64,000 nucleotides of DNA from Candidatus Kuenenia stuttgartensis (lineage in GTDB: Bacteria; Planctomycetota; Phycisphaerae; Phycisphaerales; SM1A02), in the NCBI GenBank assembly GCA_945902075.1, contig CAMDMA010000003.1, positions 5,022 through 69,021 of the forward strand. Reading direction: 5' to 3'. The first letter of the stretch is position 1. Every line of letters starts with the position of its first letter. Under the pieces are notes generated by a model. It was not told the DNA's origin, did not search any database, and saw only the letters and a program-made list of their open reading frames with translations. Below are positions 9,033 through 17,507 of the stretch, piece by piece. Made by a program: the position numbers and the translations under genes.

Positions 9033-9052
9033 AATCCGGGACAGGCATGCAT
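9033..9052 (+). repeat. 20-nt intergenic motif, copy d
   Basis: AATCCGGGACAGGCATGCAT. The 19-mer CAATCCGGGACAGGCATGC (9032-9050) is identical to 3751-3769. Confidence 0.85.
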
Positions 9053-9333
9053 TTCAGCTTGAGCTGGATGCTTAGTACGCGACCACCACTGCCACCACCT
9101 CAGCCAATACCAAGTCTGCCGTCACATCTCAGTGGAACTCGCTGGGGCGTCGCCCCTCGCTCACTGTTTGGACATTCTCGCAATAGCACTGCGGTTCCGT
9201 CGGTCTGCGCGATAGTTGGGATCACACGCCGACGAGCCCGCGCATCGACCCAGTTATCTCGAGGGAGGCGGTTTGGTTAGACCGCCTCTGTTTGCGGTGA
9301 GCGTGTCGCCGACGAACCTAGAGAGGCTGACGA

Positions 9334-9353
9334 ATGCATGCCTGTCCTTGATT
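9334..9353 (-). repeat. 20-nt intergenic motif, copy e
   Basis: The minus strand reads AATCAAGGACAGGCATGCAT. Confidence 0.85.
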
Positions 9354-9541
9354 GGTCTCTTGATTGGTCTTTCGATTGGTCGGAAGTCGGGGAGGTGGGA
9401 AGCGCGCAGCCCCCGGATCCAAAGATCCCGGCAAATTGAATCGCACTGCCGCGGGTAGCGCGGGTAATCTCTCTCCTTCGTCCAGAACATCTTTGCGATT
9501 GGCACCGCAGAAACGCCACCGCCGACCTCCCAGGACCCGTC

Positions 9542-10702
9542 ATGAAGATCCTCCATGTGACTGAATCGCTCAGGCTTGTCGACGGGGGAGTGGCACGCGC
9601 GCTTCATGACCTCATCTCCGTCATGGATCAGCGTGGGCACCGATCGATGCTCCTCACGCACGGTACTCCTGATCTTCCCGCACACTGGGCGGCCGATTGC
9701 ATCGACAGGGTTCATCAGTTCGACGGCTTCCCCATCGCGCGCAAAGGGCCACTTCTCCGCGATAGAGCGCGTCTTCTCGCCCTTATGCAGCGGGTTGACA
9801 TGGTGCATATCCATCAGCCGTGGCACCCGTTCCTCGTCCAAGTCGCGACCCTTTGTCGAAAGGCGGGAACCCCGTACTGCGTCAGTCTCCACGGCTGCTT
9901 AGACGATTGGCCGATGTCGCAGAAGGCTTTGAAAAAACGAGTTAGTATCGCGCTCGTCGGTCGTCGAATGCTTGAGTCTGCGGCTTTCGTTCACTGCACA
10001 GCCACCGACGAAGTTCGACAGTCGATCAAGTGGTTCCCGCGCGGTCGGACTGTGGTGGTTCCGTGCACCATGGACCTGCGCGTCTACCGACAACTGCCCG
10101 AACCAGAGCTCGCCCGCGAAAAGTTTAACTTGAATCGTCCGGGCGACATGCTTCTTTACATCAGCCGCATTCATCCGAAGAAGGGTCTGATTCACCTGAT
10201 TCGCGCACTTCCGAGGATTCGTGAGCAATACCCAGCGTGGCTTTGCGTCGCGGGGCCACGGGAAGACGCTGGGTACGCGAGTCTTGTTGACGACGAAATT
10301 CGCCGACTTGGTCTCCAAGAGTCAGTGAAGTTCGTGGGGAATGTCAGCGATCCGACGCTCAAGGCCTCTCTCTACAGCGCAGCGAGAGCATCAGTTTTGC
10401 CGACGAGCCAAGAGAATTTCGGATTCGTTTTATTCGAGTCGCTCGCATGCGGCACGCCGCTTGTAACCACGGATTTGGTTGATACCTGGCGAGAGTTGAA
10501 GGAGCATGGCGGCGCCTTCATCGCGTCCCAAAACCCTGAGACGGTCGCGAGGGAAGTACTTCGCGTGCTCAGTCTCTCGGAGGCAGAGCGGTTTGCACTC
10601 AGTGAAAGGGCACGAAAATGGGTGCTGGGCTACTTAGACGAGCGCGCCATCGGCAAGCAGATGGAGCAGGCTTATGAAGCGGCGTGTGACCAGCGCATCT
10701 AA
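9542..10702 (+). CDS. Glycosyltransferase, GT4 (GT-B fold) family
   Basis: 386 aa. It starts MKILHVTESL..GGVARAL and carries the C-terminal EX7E-type motif region ENFGFVLFESLACGTPLVTTD. Confidence 0.8.
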   Translation: MKILHVTESLRLVDGGVARALHDLISVMDQRGHRSMLLTHGTPDLPAHWAADCIDRVHQFDGFPIARKGPLLRDRARLLALMQRVDMVHIHQPWHPFLVQVATLCRKAGTPYCVSLHGCLDDWPMSQKALKKRVSIALVGRRMLESAAFVHCTATDEVRQSIKWFPRGRTVVVPCTMDLRVYRQLPEPELAREKFNLNRPGDMLLYISRIHPKKGLIHLIRALPRIREQYPAWLCVAGPREDAGYASLVDDEIRRLGLQESVKFVGNVSDPTLKASLYSAARASVLPTSQENFGFVLFESLACGTPLVTTDLVDTWRELKEHGGAFIASQNPETVAREVLRVLSLSEAERFALSERARKWVLGYLDERAIGKQMEQAYEAACDQRI

Positions 10703-10741
10703 TCTCAGTTATCTGATCTGGTACGCATCTGATCTGGGACT

Positions 10742-10761
10742 GATCTGGGACAGGCATGCAT
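10742..10761 (+). repeat. 20-nt intergenic motif, copy f
   Basis: GATCTGGGACAGGCATGCAT. Confidence 0.85.
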
Positions 10762-11009
10762 CTCGTCTCTCCGCGGGGTACGGCCAGCATCACCTCTTGC
10801 GGGCCTGAATAGGCAGCTAGTTCCAAGCGCATTCACGGGGTCAACTCTCCACGAACGGTGAGAAGACATTTTGCTAGTCAAACTGCGGTTCTGTCGGCCT
10901 GCGCAACATCAGACGCCCGACGCCGGACATCACCCGTTCAAAGTGCTGCAAATGTCCACGCTGAGCGTGTCGCCGACAATCGGGGATGCATGAGAGAAAG
11001 CATGAGAGA

Positions 11010-11029
11010 AAGCATGCCTGTCCTCGATT
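11010..11029 (-). repeat. 20-nt intergenic motif, copy g
   Basis: The minus strand reads AATCGAGGACAGGCATGCTT. Confidence 0.85.
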
Positions 11030-11059
11030 GACTTTCGATTGGCTCTCGATTGGCGCGCC

Positions 11060-11776
11060 TCAATCGAGGAATCGCACCGCGCCCGTCTCCACGTCATACA
11101 TCGCCCCGACGACTTGCAGGTTGCCGTCAGCAACAGCCTTCGTCAGGATGTCACTACGCTTGACGAGCTCAGCTGCCTGCCAACGAACATTTGCGATCTC
11201 GGCGTCCGTGGTGCTTACGCGGCCATCCGCGCCCTTCGGTGCATTGGCGAGTGCGGGTCGGATTGCCGCCACAAACGACGACATCCTGCCGGGCAACTCT
11301 TTGCCTTCAACAGTCGCATTGACTGCGCCACACTTCGTATGTCCAAGCACGACGATCGTGTGCACCCCAAGGGCGGCGACGCCGTATTCAAAGGTACCGA
11401 TGCCGACATCATTCTGAAAGTTGCCCGCGATACGGACCACAAACAGGGATCCCACTCCCTGATCAAAGATGAGCTCGGGTGGAGTGCGTGAGTCTGCACA
11501 TGTCAAAATCCCGACCGATGGAGTTTGGCCATCCCGACCCGTCTTCGCGATCCGCTCGTGCAGCCAGTCGTGTGTTCGGACATCACCCGACAAGTAGCGA
11601 TCATTGCCATCTTTGAGTGCCTGCATCGCCATCTTTGGCTCGATACCGGTTGAAAGCGCACGGCCACTTTCGGGCGAGTTGGTCGAAACGCAGGCGGTGA
11701 AACTGAGCGAAAGCGCAAGAGTAACGGCAGTGCGGAAGATTGAAATCATTGTGGAACTAGAATAACGGTTTTTCAC
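11060..11776 (-). CDS. Beta-class carbonic anhydrase, exported (lipoprotein-like signal peptide)
   Basis: 238 aa. It has an N-terminal signal with SLSFTAC, Zn ligand motifs CADSRTPPE and GHTKCGAV, and FVVRIAGN. Confidence 0.8.
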   Translation of the reverse strand: MKNRYSSSTMISIFRTAVTLALSLSFTACVSTNSPESGRALSTGIEPKMAMQALKDGNDRYLSGDVRTHDWLHERIAKTGRDGQTPSVGILTCADSRTPPELIFDQGVGSLFVVRIAGNFQNDVGIGTFEYGVAALGVHTIVVLGHTKCGAVNATVEGKELPGRMSSFVAAIRPALANAPKGADGRVSTTDAEIANVRWQAAELVKRSDILTKAVADGNLQVVGAMYDVETGAVRFLD

Positions 11777-12685
11777 GGGGCAGGTGTGTAAACCGATGGG
11801 GTTCGGTTGGGCAGCGTACGGGCCACGGCTGGTGGATGTGCAGGTCTGTCTGAGGCGCCGCGCACGCGATGTTCGCCGTTCGCCGAGGCCGCACGAACTC
11901 CGGTCTTCGGTGATTCGCGGTCGAACGCGGGTTCAAGTGCTCGCATCCGCCTGCGGAGTCGAAAATCAAGTTGATACGGCCTGAATTCGGGCAAGCGTGT
12001 GTCGAGCAGTCGTGCGTATTGCTGAAAAGGGTCGAAACGCGACGCAACAGGCTTGCGCACCAGCCAAGAAGCGTGGGTCTCAAGTGGAAGTCGTCCAACG
12101 CCAGACGCCCTGAGCACGCGTCGATCGAGATTTGGTCAATCAAGTAAGCGCGCTTCCTGATCGTTGCGCGGTCCAATCGACTTGTGAAACCGGACGCCGA
12201 CTCTCGCTCTATCGGGCGGGATAGTCATAAGTAAGAAGAGACCCACGCAGTCCAGCAGGGACCGATCGACTCAGCAGCGCGCAGACTTCTTTGGAAAAGA
12301 ACCATGGCATCGCCCTACTCGGAGCCTCAGTCGCGAAGTTCGACGACTTGGGTTCCACCGTCGCGTGTCGGTCGTCGGAACTGTTCTGGGTGTCGTAGAT
12401 CGGGCAAACACTTTTTAGCCGATGGCAATGTGTGCCGTGAAGGCGGGTGGTAGCGGCGATATCGATGTCGCCATTGGCGTTCGGCGGGCGACAAATCATC
12501 GATCAAGGGGGGTCTCCCGCTGCGTGAATCCGGCCGCCGCGAACCATCAGGCTGCTTGGTCTCTCAGCGCTCATCGGCCTTCACCGACAGCGAAAATCCG
12601 CAGCCATTCGGTTAGGCGTACAGCTTGTCTTGATCGACGCCGAGCAGGAACGGGAAGGGTCGGTGCCATTGCAGTTGCAACGCAG

Positions 12686-12732
12686 CAAAATGAGAAATGC
12701 CGAAGTCTCGCAGCAAACCGCGCGACTTCGGC
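12686..12732 (-). terminator. Hairpin downstream of tRNA-Val (possible terminator)
   Basis: A 9-bp stem, GCCGAAGTC (12699-12707) with GACTTCGGC (12724-12732), and a 16-nt loop. On the minus strand it is followed by ATTTCTCATTTTG. The long loop and broken T-tract keep confidence low. Confidence 0.4.
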
Positions 12733-12759
12733 ACTCCAGCAATTTCTTGCTGACCTCAA

Positions 12760-12833
12760 TGGGCGATATAGGATTCGAACCTACGACCCCACGCGTGTGA
12801 TGCGTGTGCTCTAGCCAACTGAGCTAATCGCCC
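12760..12833 (-). tRNA. tRNA-Val (anticodon CAC)
   Basis: Hand-folded 74-nt cloverleaf. The acceptor is GGGCGAT/ATCGCCC, the anticodon stem is CACGC/GCGTG with loop ATCACAC, and the T-loop is TTCGAAT. CCA is not encoded. Confidence 0.9.
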
Positions 12834-13173
12834 AACGGTCCCTGAGTATAGCAAAGCTGGCCCCGCGCTCAACTTCTCCAAGCCGGTTCTTCAGGGTGAT
12901 TCTCAAGCCGATTTGCAAGCAAAGAGATTCTGTCGAACTCTGGCGGCGGACTCCCTGTTGAGTGAGGCCACACGAAGGCTCACGCCAGCGGGTCGCACCG
13001 ACTCGAGTCGGCAAGCCTCGGGCATGATTGCGGCGCGACGGAATTCGTTGGACCTCTCCATGAAATTCATCGCTCCGACAAGATGACTTGGATTGCCGGA
13101 TTCTGCGTTCTGGTCCCACACGAGAAAGGTGGCGACGGTGTGGTTGGCATATGCGACCGAGTCCGGCGTCCAG

Positions 13174-14103
13174 TCATTTCTCGGGGACGGCGGTGGCATC
13201 CAATCTTGCGAGCCACTCGCGAGCGCGTTTTCGGAGATCAGCTTGCATGGCTGGTTCAATCTTGTCTGCAACCCGTTCGAGAATCTTTTCGGCGTTTGCG
13301 GCGACCGACGCGTCGCCAGTAATTCGTGCGAGGGTTGCCCAGAGAAAGCCCTCCTCGTAGTTGCGGGCGACGCCCTTTCCTTTGCAGGAAAGAAGCGCGA
13401 AGTTCAGCATGCCCTCTGCACTTCCAGCCTCTGCTGCCTTCCGATACCACACCGCAGCCATTGCTTCATCGCGTGTGATGCCTTTACCGTGGCTCAATGC
13501 GTAGCCGAGGTTCGACATCGCCGCCGTGTTTCCGCGATCAGCGGCCAGTTGATACCAACGAACGGCTTCACTATCACTTTTCGGCAGGCCTTTCCCCTGG
13601 CCTGCGAGCGATCCGAGGTTGAACATGGCCGTTGCACTTCCAGCATCAGCCGCGCGGCGATACCAAGTAACGGCGTCGGGCTCGCTCTTCGGTACTCCGC
13701 GTCCTGCGCTGTACATGAGGCCAAGGTTTGACATCGCGTCGGCATCGCCGGCCTCAGCAGCCTTTCGGTAGAGCTCGGCAGCCCGTACATCGTCGGTTGG
13801 TACGCCCTTCCCATTCGCGAGTAGGAAGCCGAGATGTGTCATCGCTTTGACATGTCCGACTTGTACGGCCTTCGTGTACCACTCGGCGGCAGTCACGTGG
13901 TCGACCTTGGCGTCTGCTACGAGACCAAGTTTGTACATCGCTTCGGCGTTTCCAGACTCTGCCGCGCGTTCAAGTTCGGCCTGAGTTTCAGCTGTTTTCA
14001 TCGGCGAAACATGCTCAGATTGCGCGTCAGCGATCGGTGGCAGCGGGAGGAACAGCGCGGTGGGTAGCGCGAGATATGTGAGAACGAGTGCGGCGGTTTT
14101 CAT
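13174..14103 (-). CDS. Sel1-repeat (TPR-like) secreted protein
   Basis: ATG 14103 gives MKTAALVLTYLALPTALFLPLPPIADA, a signal peptide. At least 7 Sel1 units of the form A..Y.KAA.AG.A.AM.NLG..Y..G.GV.. follow. The ORF-track start at 14289 is an over-extension. Confidence 0.75.
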   Translation of the reverse strand: MKTAALVLTYLALPTALFLPLPPIADAQSEHVSPMKTAETQAELERAAESGNAEAMYKLGLVADAKVDHVTAAEWYTKAVQVGHVKAMTHLGFLLANGKGVPTDDVRAAELYRKAAEAGDADAMSNLGLMYSAGRGVPKSEPDAVTWYRRAADAGSATAMFNLGSLAGQGKGLPKSDSEAVRWYQLAADRGNTAAMSNLGYALSHGKGITRDEAMAAVWYRKAAEAGSAEGMLNFALLSCKGKGVARNYEEGFLWATLARITGDASVAANAEKILERVADKIEPAMQADLRKRAREWLARLDATAVPEK

Positions 14104-14122
14104 AGTGGCACGAGTATCGATT

Positions 14123-14965
14123 TCAATGCGTGATGTTCTGTTGATCCATTGGAAGTGATGCTCCACGTATTGAAGCAGGAACAAGCACCACGGCGAAACG
14201 ATACACGAGCGAATGACCGATCCACGCAACGCGAAGTCCGGCACGCGCCGCAAGCGCATCGATCTCTGCACGAGTAAACCCGGCCTCAACGCTTACACGG
14301 GCATCATGTCGAGTGGATATCGATGCAAACATGGTTGCTACTCGCACCGCGATGTTTTGCGCCGCGCCGCGCTTCAAATCATTCCAGATCACCGCACGCC
14401 TCGCCGCGCGCGACATCTCAGTCAACGCTGCAACCACACGCTCGTCCGAAAAATGATGAAGCGTGAGCGATGCGTGGACGAAGTCAAACGCCTGCACACC
14501 GAATTGTGCGGTGAGAGTGAAGATGTCACCAGTTTCGAAGCGTGCTCGGCTCGACGTGCCTTGAAAGGAGACCTGAGCGCGCGCGATCATCTCCGGGCGT
14601 CGGTCAATGCCGATGACATCAAGAGAAGGCTTCGCATCAGCAAGTGCGCGCGCGATATCGCCGCTCCCAGTACCGACATCCGCGAGCGACTGCTTCATAT
14701 GCGGATCGGCGGGTGGGCTCCGATTTGCAGTCTGGCTCGCGGCATGAACCGCTCGGATTGAGAGCGCGGTTCCGCCGAATGTGCGGTTGATCGCGCGGAG
14801 ATAACCGAGTTCACGGTCGAGCGCTTCGCCGCCGCAGCTCGCTTGATCGAGGTACTCGTCAGAGAGCAGTCGTTGGGTCCAGGGCTGTGGGCGTCGCCGA
14901 TAGGGCTCAAAAACAATCGAGGACGCGGCGCGCGCGTCCTCGGTGTGGTTTTGATCTGGATCCAT
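14123..14965 (-). CDS. Class I SAM-dependent methyltransferase
   Basis: 280 aa with motif I DVGTGSGDIARALA, followed by an acidic post-I residue and a Rossmann-like pattern. Confidence 0.7.
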   Translation of the reverse strand: MDPDQNHTEDARAASSIVFEPYRRRPQPWTQRLLSDEYLDQASCGGEALDRELGYLRAINRTFGGTALSIRAVHAASQTANRSPPADPHMKQSLADVGTGSGDIARALADAKPSLDVIGIDRRPEMIARAQVSFQGTSSRARFETGDIFTLTAQFGVQAFDFVHASLTLHHFSDERVVAALTEMSRAARRAVIWNDLKRGAAQNIAVRVATMFASISTRHDARVSVEAGFTRAEIDALAARAGLRVAWIGHSLVYRFAVVLVPASIRGASLPMDQQNITH

Positions 14966-14973
14966 CGAGCGTC

Positions 14974-15249
14974 TCAGTGCGTCTGAGAGCGCTCTTGGGT
15001 GTTTTCGGGGGTTCGGATCGGCTGCTCAGGCGGAAGTGCCCGGCGAGATTGCCCGTCGTCCTTTTGGACTTCGTCACCCACATCCTTCAGTCCCTTTTTG
15101 AACTCGCGGATGCCAACTCCCATCGACTTGCCAACTTCAGGGAGGCGTCGACCGAACAACAGGAGGGCAATGATGAGGATGACCGCCCACTCCATCATGC
15201 CGAGATTGCCGATGAAAGCGATGAGCGAGGTTGAGGTGAGCGAGGTCAT
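14974..15249 (-). CDS. tatA: Twin-arginine translocase subunit TatA/E
   Basis: A TM helix plus amphipathic helix: WAVILIIALLLFGRRLPEVGKSMGVGIREFKKGLKD. The true start may be the internal MMEW (about 15198). Confidence 0.7.
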   Translation of the reverse strand: MTSLTSTSLIAFIGNLGMMEWAVILIIALLLFGRRLPEVGKSMGVGIREFKKGLKDVGDEVQKDDGQSRRALPPEQPIRTPENTQERSQTH

Positions 15250-15390
15250 GCAGTTTGCTCCTTGAAAGCCGAGTATACCCAGCCCGCGCCGCTTTCAAGC
15301 GGCCCATGCTGCCAAGCACCAGATTTGCTCAGTGATGCCCGCGACGTTCTCTGCTGCAAAGTCCGGGATCTTTCCGATATCGCTCCCACT

Positions 15391-16698
15391 ATGCAGGATC
15401 GCATGAGCTATCGGTTGAGCTTTCGCGGCGCCCTTCACGGCGCCCTTCGCACCGCCTCGGTCGTCACATTGCTTGTCGCACTGGCAGGATGCCGGACGCA
15501 GCAGGAGGTGCCCGAGGATCCGAATCGTCCGACCGACGGTCCGGCCCTTGTCCGCCTCGGGCCAGATGATCCAAAGCCGGACGTTGGTGCCGCGTTCGCC
15601 CGAAAGAGTTTTTACCTTGATCGGTCGACCAACGAGAGCATCGGTTGGTTCCAGAAGCCATCCGCACAGACCTGGTTTCCGTTCCTCAATCAAGGCACCA
15701 AAGAGCAGGTCTGCACATACGAGCAGGCTGCGGCGAGTGTCGTTGCGTTCCGCGAATTACTTCAGAACGCACCGAGTGCTGAAGAATTCACCAGCAAGTT
15801 CAACGAGATGTTCGAGGTTTGGCAGTCGGTGGGCTACAACCAAAAGCGCGACGTTCGCTTTACCGGCTATTTCTCACCTACTTTCAAGGCCGATCGCTCG
15901 CCAAGTGAGCGATTCAAATATCCACTCTACCGCCGCCCGGACAACCTGCTGAGTGATCCAAAGAGCGGTCAACCGCTGGGCCGCCGTATGCCGGATGGGT
16001 CTACCGCGCCGTGGCCGTCACGTGTCGAGATTGAGTCAAGTGGCATGTTTAAAGGCACGGAACTGGTTTGGCTTGAGAGCCCGCTTGATGCCTACATCGT
16101 GCAGGTCAACGGCAGCGCAAAGCTCATCATGCCCGACGAGAGCGTGATGTATGTCGGCTATGCAGGGAAGACCGACGGCGAGTATGTCGGACTTGGACAG
16201 TCTTTCATGGACGCCGGCATTCTGAAAAAGAGCGAGCTTTCACTCGCTGCGATTCGCCGCTACGGCAAGGCGCACCCAGACGAGGTTCAGACCCTTATCA
16301 ATCGAAACAATTCGTTCGTATTCTTCAAGGAGTACGCGCCGGGTGCGTGGCCAGCCGGCTCGATTGGGACGCGCGTGAATGAGGATGCCTCCATCGCGAC
16401 CGACAAGACGATTTTCCCTCGCGGCGGGCTCGTGATGGTCGACACATTGGCAAACACCTACAAGGGAGGGATGGTCGAGTACAAAAACTTCATGCTCGAT
16501 CAAGATACTGGTGGCGCGATTCGTGCTGCTGGACGCGCCGACCTTTACATGGGTGCGGGTGCACCGGCTGAATTGCTCGCAGGTGGGCAGTACGCGACCG
16601 GGAAGATGTACTACTTCTTCCTCAAGCCCGAGTTTGTCGCGCAGTATCCCTTGCCATCTGCACAGAAGCGCGCGGCCTCCACCAACAGTGGTGGCTGA
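15391..16698 (+). CDS. mltA: Membrane-bound lytic murein transglycosylase A (MltA domain + 3D domain)
   Basis: FTGYFSPTFKA..YPLYRRP matches the MltA pattern, and the C-terminal DTGGAIRAAGRADLYMGAG matches the 3D domain. ATG 15391 was chosen, but the ORF opens at 15262. Confidence 0.7.
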   Translation: MQDRMSYRLSFRGALHGALRTASVVTLLVALAGCRTQQEVPEDPNRPTDGPALVRLGPDDPKPDVGAAFARKSFYLDRSTNESIGWFQKPSAQTWFPFLNQGTKEQVCTYEQAAASVVAFRELLQNAPSAEEFTSKFNEMFEVWQSVGYNQKRDVRFTGYFSPTFKADRSPSERFKYPLYRRPDNLLSDPKSGQPLGRRMPDGSTAPWPSRVEIESSGMFKGTELVWLESPLDAYIVQVNGSAKLIMPDESVMYVGYAGKTDGEYVGLGQSFMDAGILKKSELSLAAIRRYGKAHPDEVQTLINRNNSFVFFKEYAPGAWPAGSIGTRVNEDASIATDKTIFPRGGLVMVDTLANTYKGGMVEYKNFMLDQDTGGAIRAAGRADLYMGAGAPAELLAGGQYATGKMYYFFLKPEFVAQYPLPSAQKRAASTNSGG

Positions 16699-16754
16699 GC
16701 ATCGACGCAGAGTCACGGCGAATACGATCAAACTGTGTATTTACGCGGCGTGCG

Positions 16755-17468
16755 TCATGGACGCGCGCCGCGTTCTTTTTCTTCGGCGTCTGCTGCATCG
16801 GCGTCCCGTTTCCAGCCAAGGCCGCGCTCTCGGCGGAGTTCGTCAGACGTTTGCCATTCACGCTCGCGACCAAGTTCTGGCCATGCCTCGCTGCCAAATG
16901 TGCCATCTTCTCTGACCCACATACGAGCGAATCCGGCTGGGAAAGCACGTGAACGCGTGTACGTCGCGTCTCGTGATGAGGCACACTCAGCAACGAAGCG
17001 TGATTCGTCAAGCACACACCACGCTTCACCCATGCCGCACGCGAGAAGTAGTGCAGGAAAAAGTAAGCACGCGAGTCGGCGGACTGGTCGTGCAGTAAGC
17101 GTCCACGCTGGGAGCGGTGCTGTGCTGCGTCCGCATTCGCTGCAGGTCGGCCGCGATTCATGTGGGTAGCCACAGAACGGGCAACGATTCTCGCGAGCGC
17201 GGCGGTCGGCGGGTAGATGGAGCCAGAAGATCTCCGCGAAGTCGGCGAACGGTACAAGCCACCAGAGAAAGATGGACGCAGCGATGGTCGCAAGCACGCA
17301 CGCAGCGATGGTGCCAAGGTGTGCGCCGAAACCGCCGACCAGCGCTCGTGCCATGCAGTAACTCGTGAATAAAAAAATCGTCGAGAGCGCGAGGAGCGCA
17401 CCGAAGGCAATCATGTTCGCGCCCGGAGGCGCGCGCAGGTTTTCGATCTCGTGATGTGCTTCCGACAT
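16755..17468 (-). CDS. Hypothetical membrane protein with a CxxC..CxxC zinc-ribbon
   Basis: 237 aa with two N-terminal TM helices and CPFCGYPHESRPTCSECG. Its codon usage is gene-like, unlike the overlapping Arg/Ser-rich frame 16622..17410. Confidence 0.45.
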   Translation of the reverse strand: MSEAHHEIENLRAPPGANMIAFGALLALSTIFLFTSYCMARALVGGFGAHLGTIAACVLATIAASIFLWWLVPFADFAEIFWLHLPADRRARENRCPFCGYPHESRPTCSECGRSTAPLPAWTLTARPVRRLACLLFPALLLACGMGEAWCVLDESRFVAECASSRDATYTRSRAFPAGFARMWVREDGTFGSEAWPELGREREWQTSDELRRERGLGWKRDADAADAEEKERGARP

Positions 17469-17507
17469 ACGTCCGACGATAGCCGCGGAACACCTACACT
17501 GCGCGCT

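Larger units (their letters stand above)
9033..9383. repeat. Inverted-repeat element 1 (candidate MITE-like element)
   Basis: Motif copy d (+, 9033-9052) and copy e (-, 9334-9353) face each other across 281 bp. A 3 x 12-bp array, TTGATTGGTCTC / TTGATTGGTCTT / TCGATTGGTCGG (9348-9383), lies outside copy e. The interior is homologous to element 2. Confidence 0.55.
10711..11053. repeat. Inverted-repeat element 2 (candidate MITE-like element)
   Basis: Left iterations ATCTGATCTGG.. run into motif copy f (+, 10742-10761). The interior is 248 bp. Motif copy g (-, 11010-11029) is preceded by 2 x GCATGAGAGAAA and followed by 3 x TCGATTGR iterations up to 11053. It shares ACTGCGGTTCYGTCGGYCTGCGC and the 16-mer TGAGCGTGTCGCCGAC with element 1. 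Confidence 0.55.

Noticed and set aside
9254-10318. Minus-strand ORFs 9254..9892 and 9899..10318
   Set aside because: Both are antisense to the clearly GT4-like glycosyltransferase gene. The first also runs through inverted-repeat element 1.
12500-12600. THI-box-like fragments on the minus strand (CTGAGAG .. CCTGATGG)
   Set aside because: Only the CUGAGA and CCUGAU words are present. The conserved GGAUAAUGCC..GCG..AGGGA segment is missing, and no thiamine-related gene lies downstream.
12903-13271. 122-aa minus-strand ORF between tRNA-Val and the Sel1 gene (contains ..TPDSVAYANHTVATFLVWDQNAESGNPSHLVG..)
   Set aside because: It overlaps the 3' end of the Sel1 gene and has no recognisable family, signal or motif. 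It may be a small real gene, but I cannot support it from the sequence alone.
16622-17410. 262-aa minus-strand ORF overlapping 16755..17468 in another frame
   Set aside because: Its translation is Arg/Ser-rich with no hydrophobic core or motifs. The competing frame gives TM helices, a CxxC..CxxC ribbon and gene-like third-position bias.
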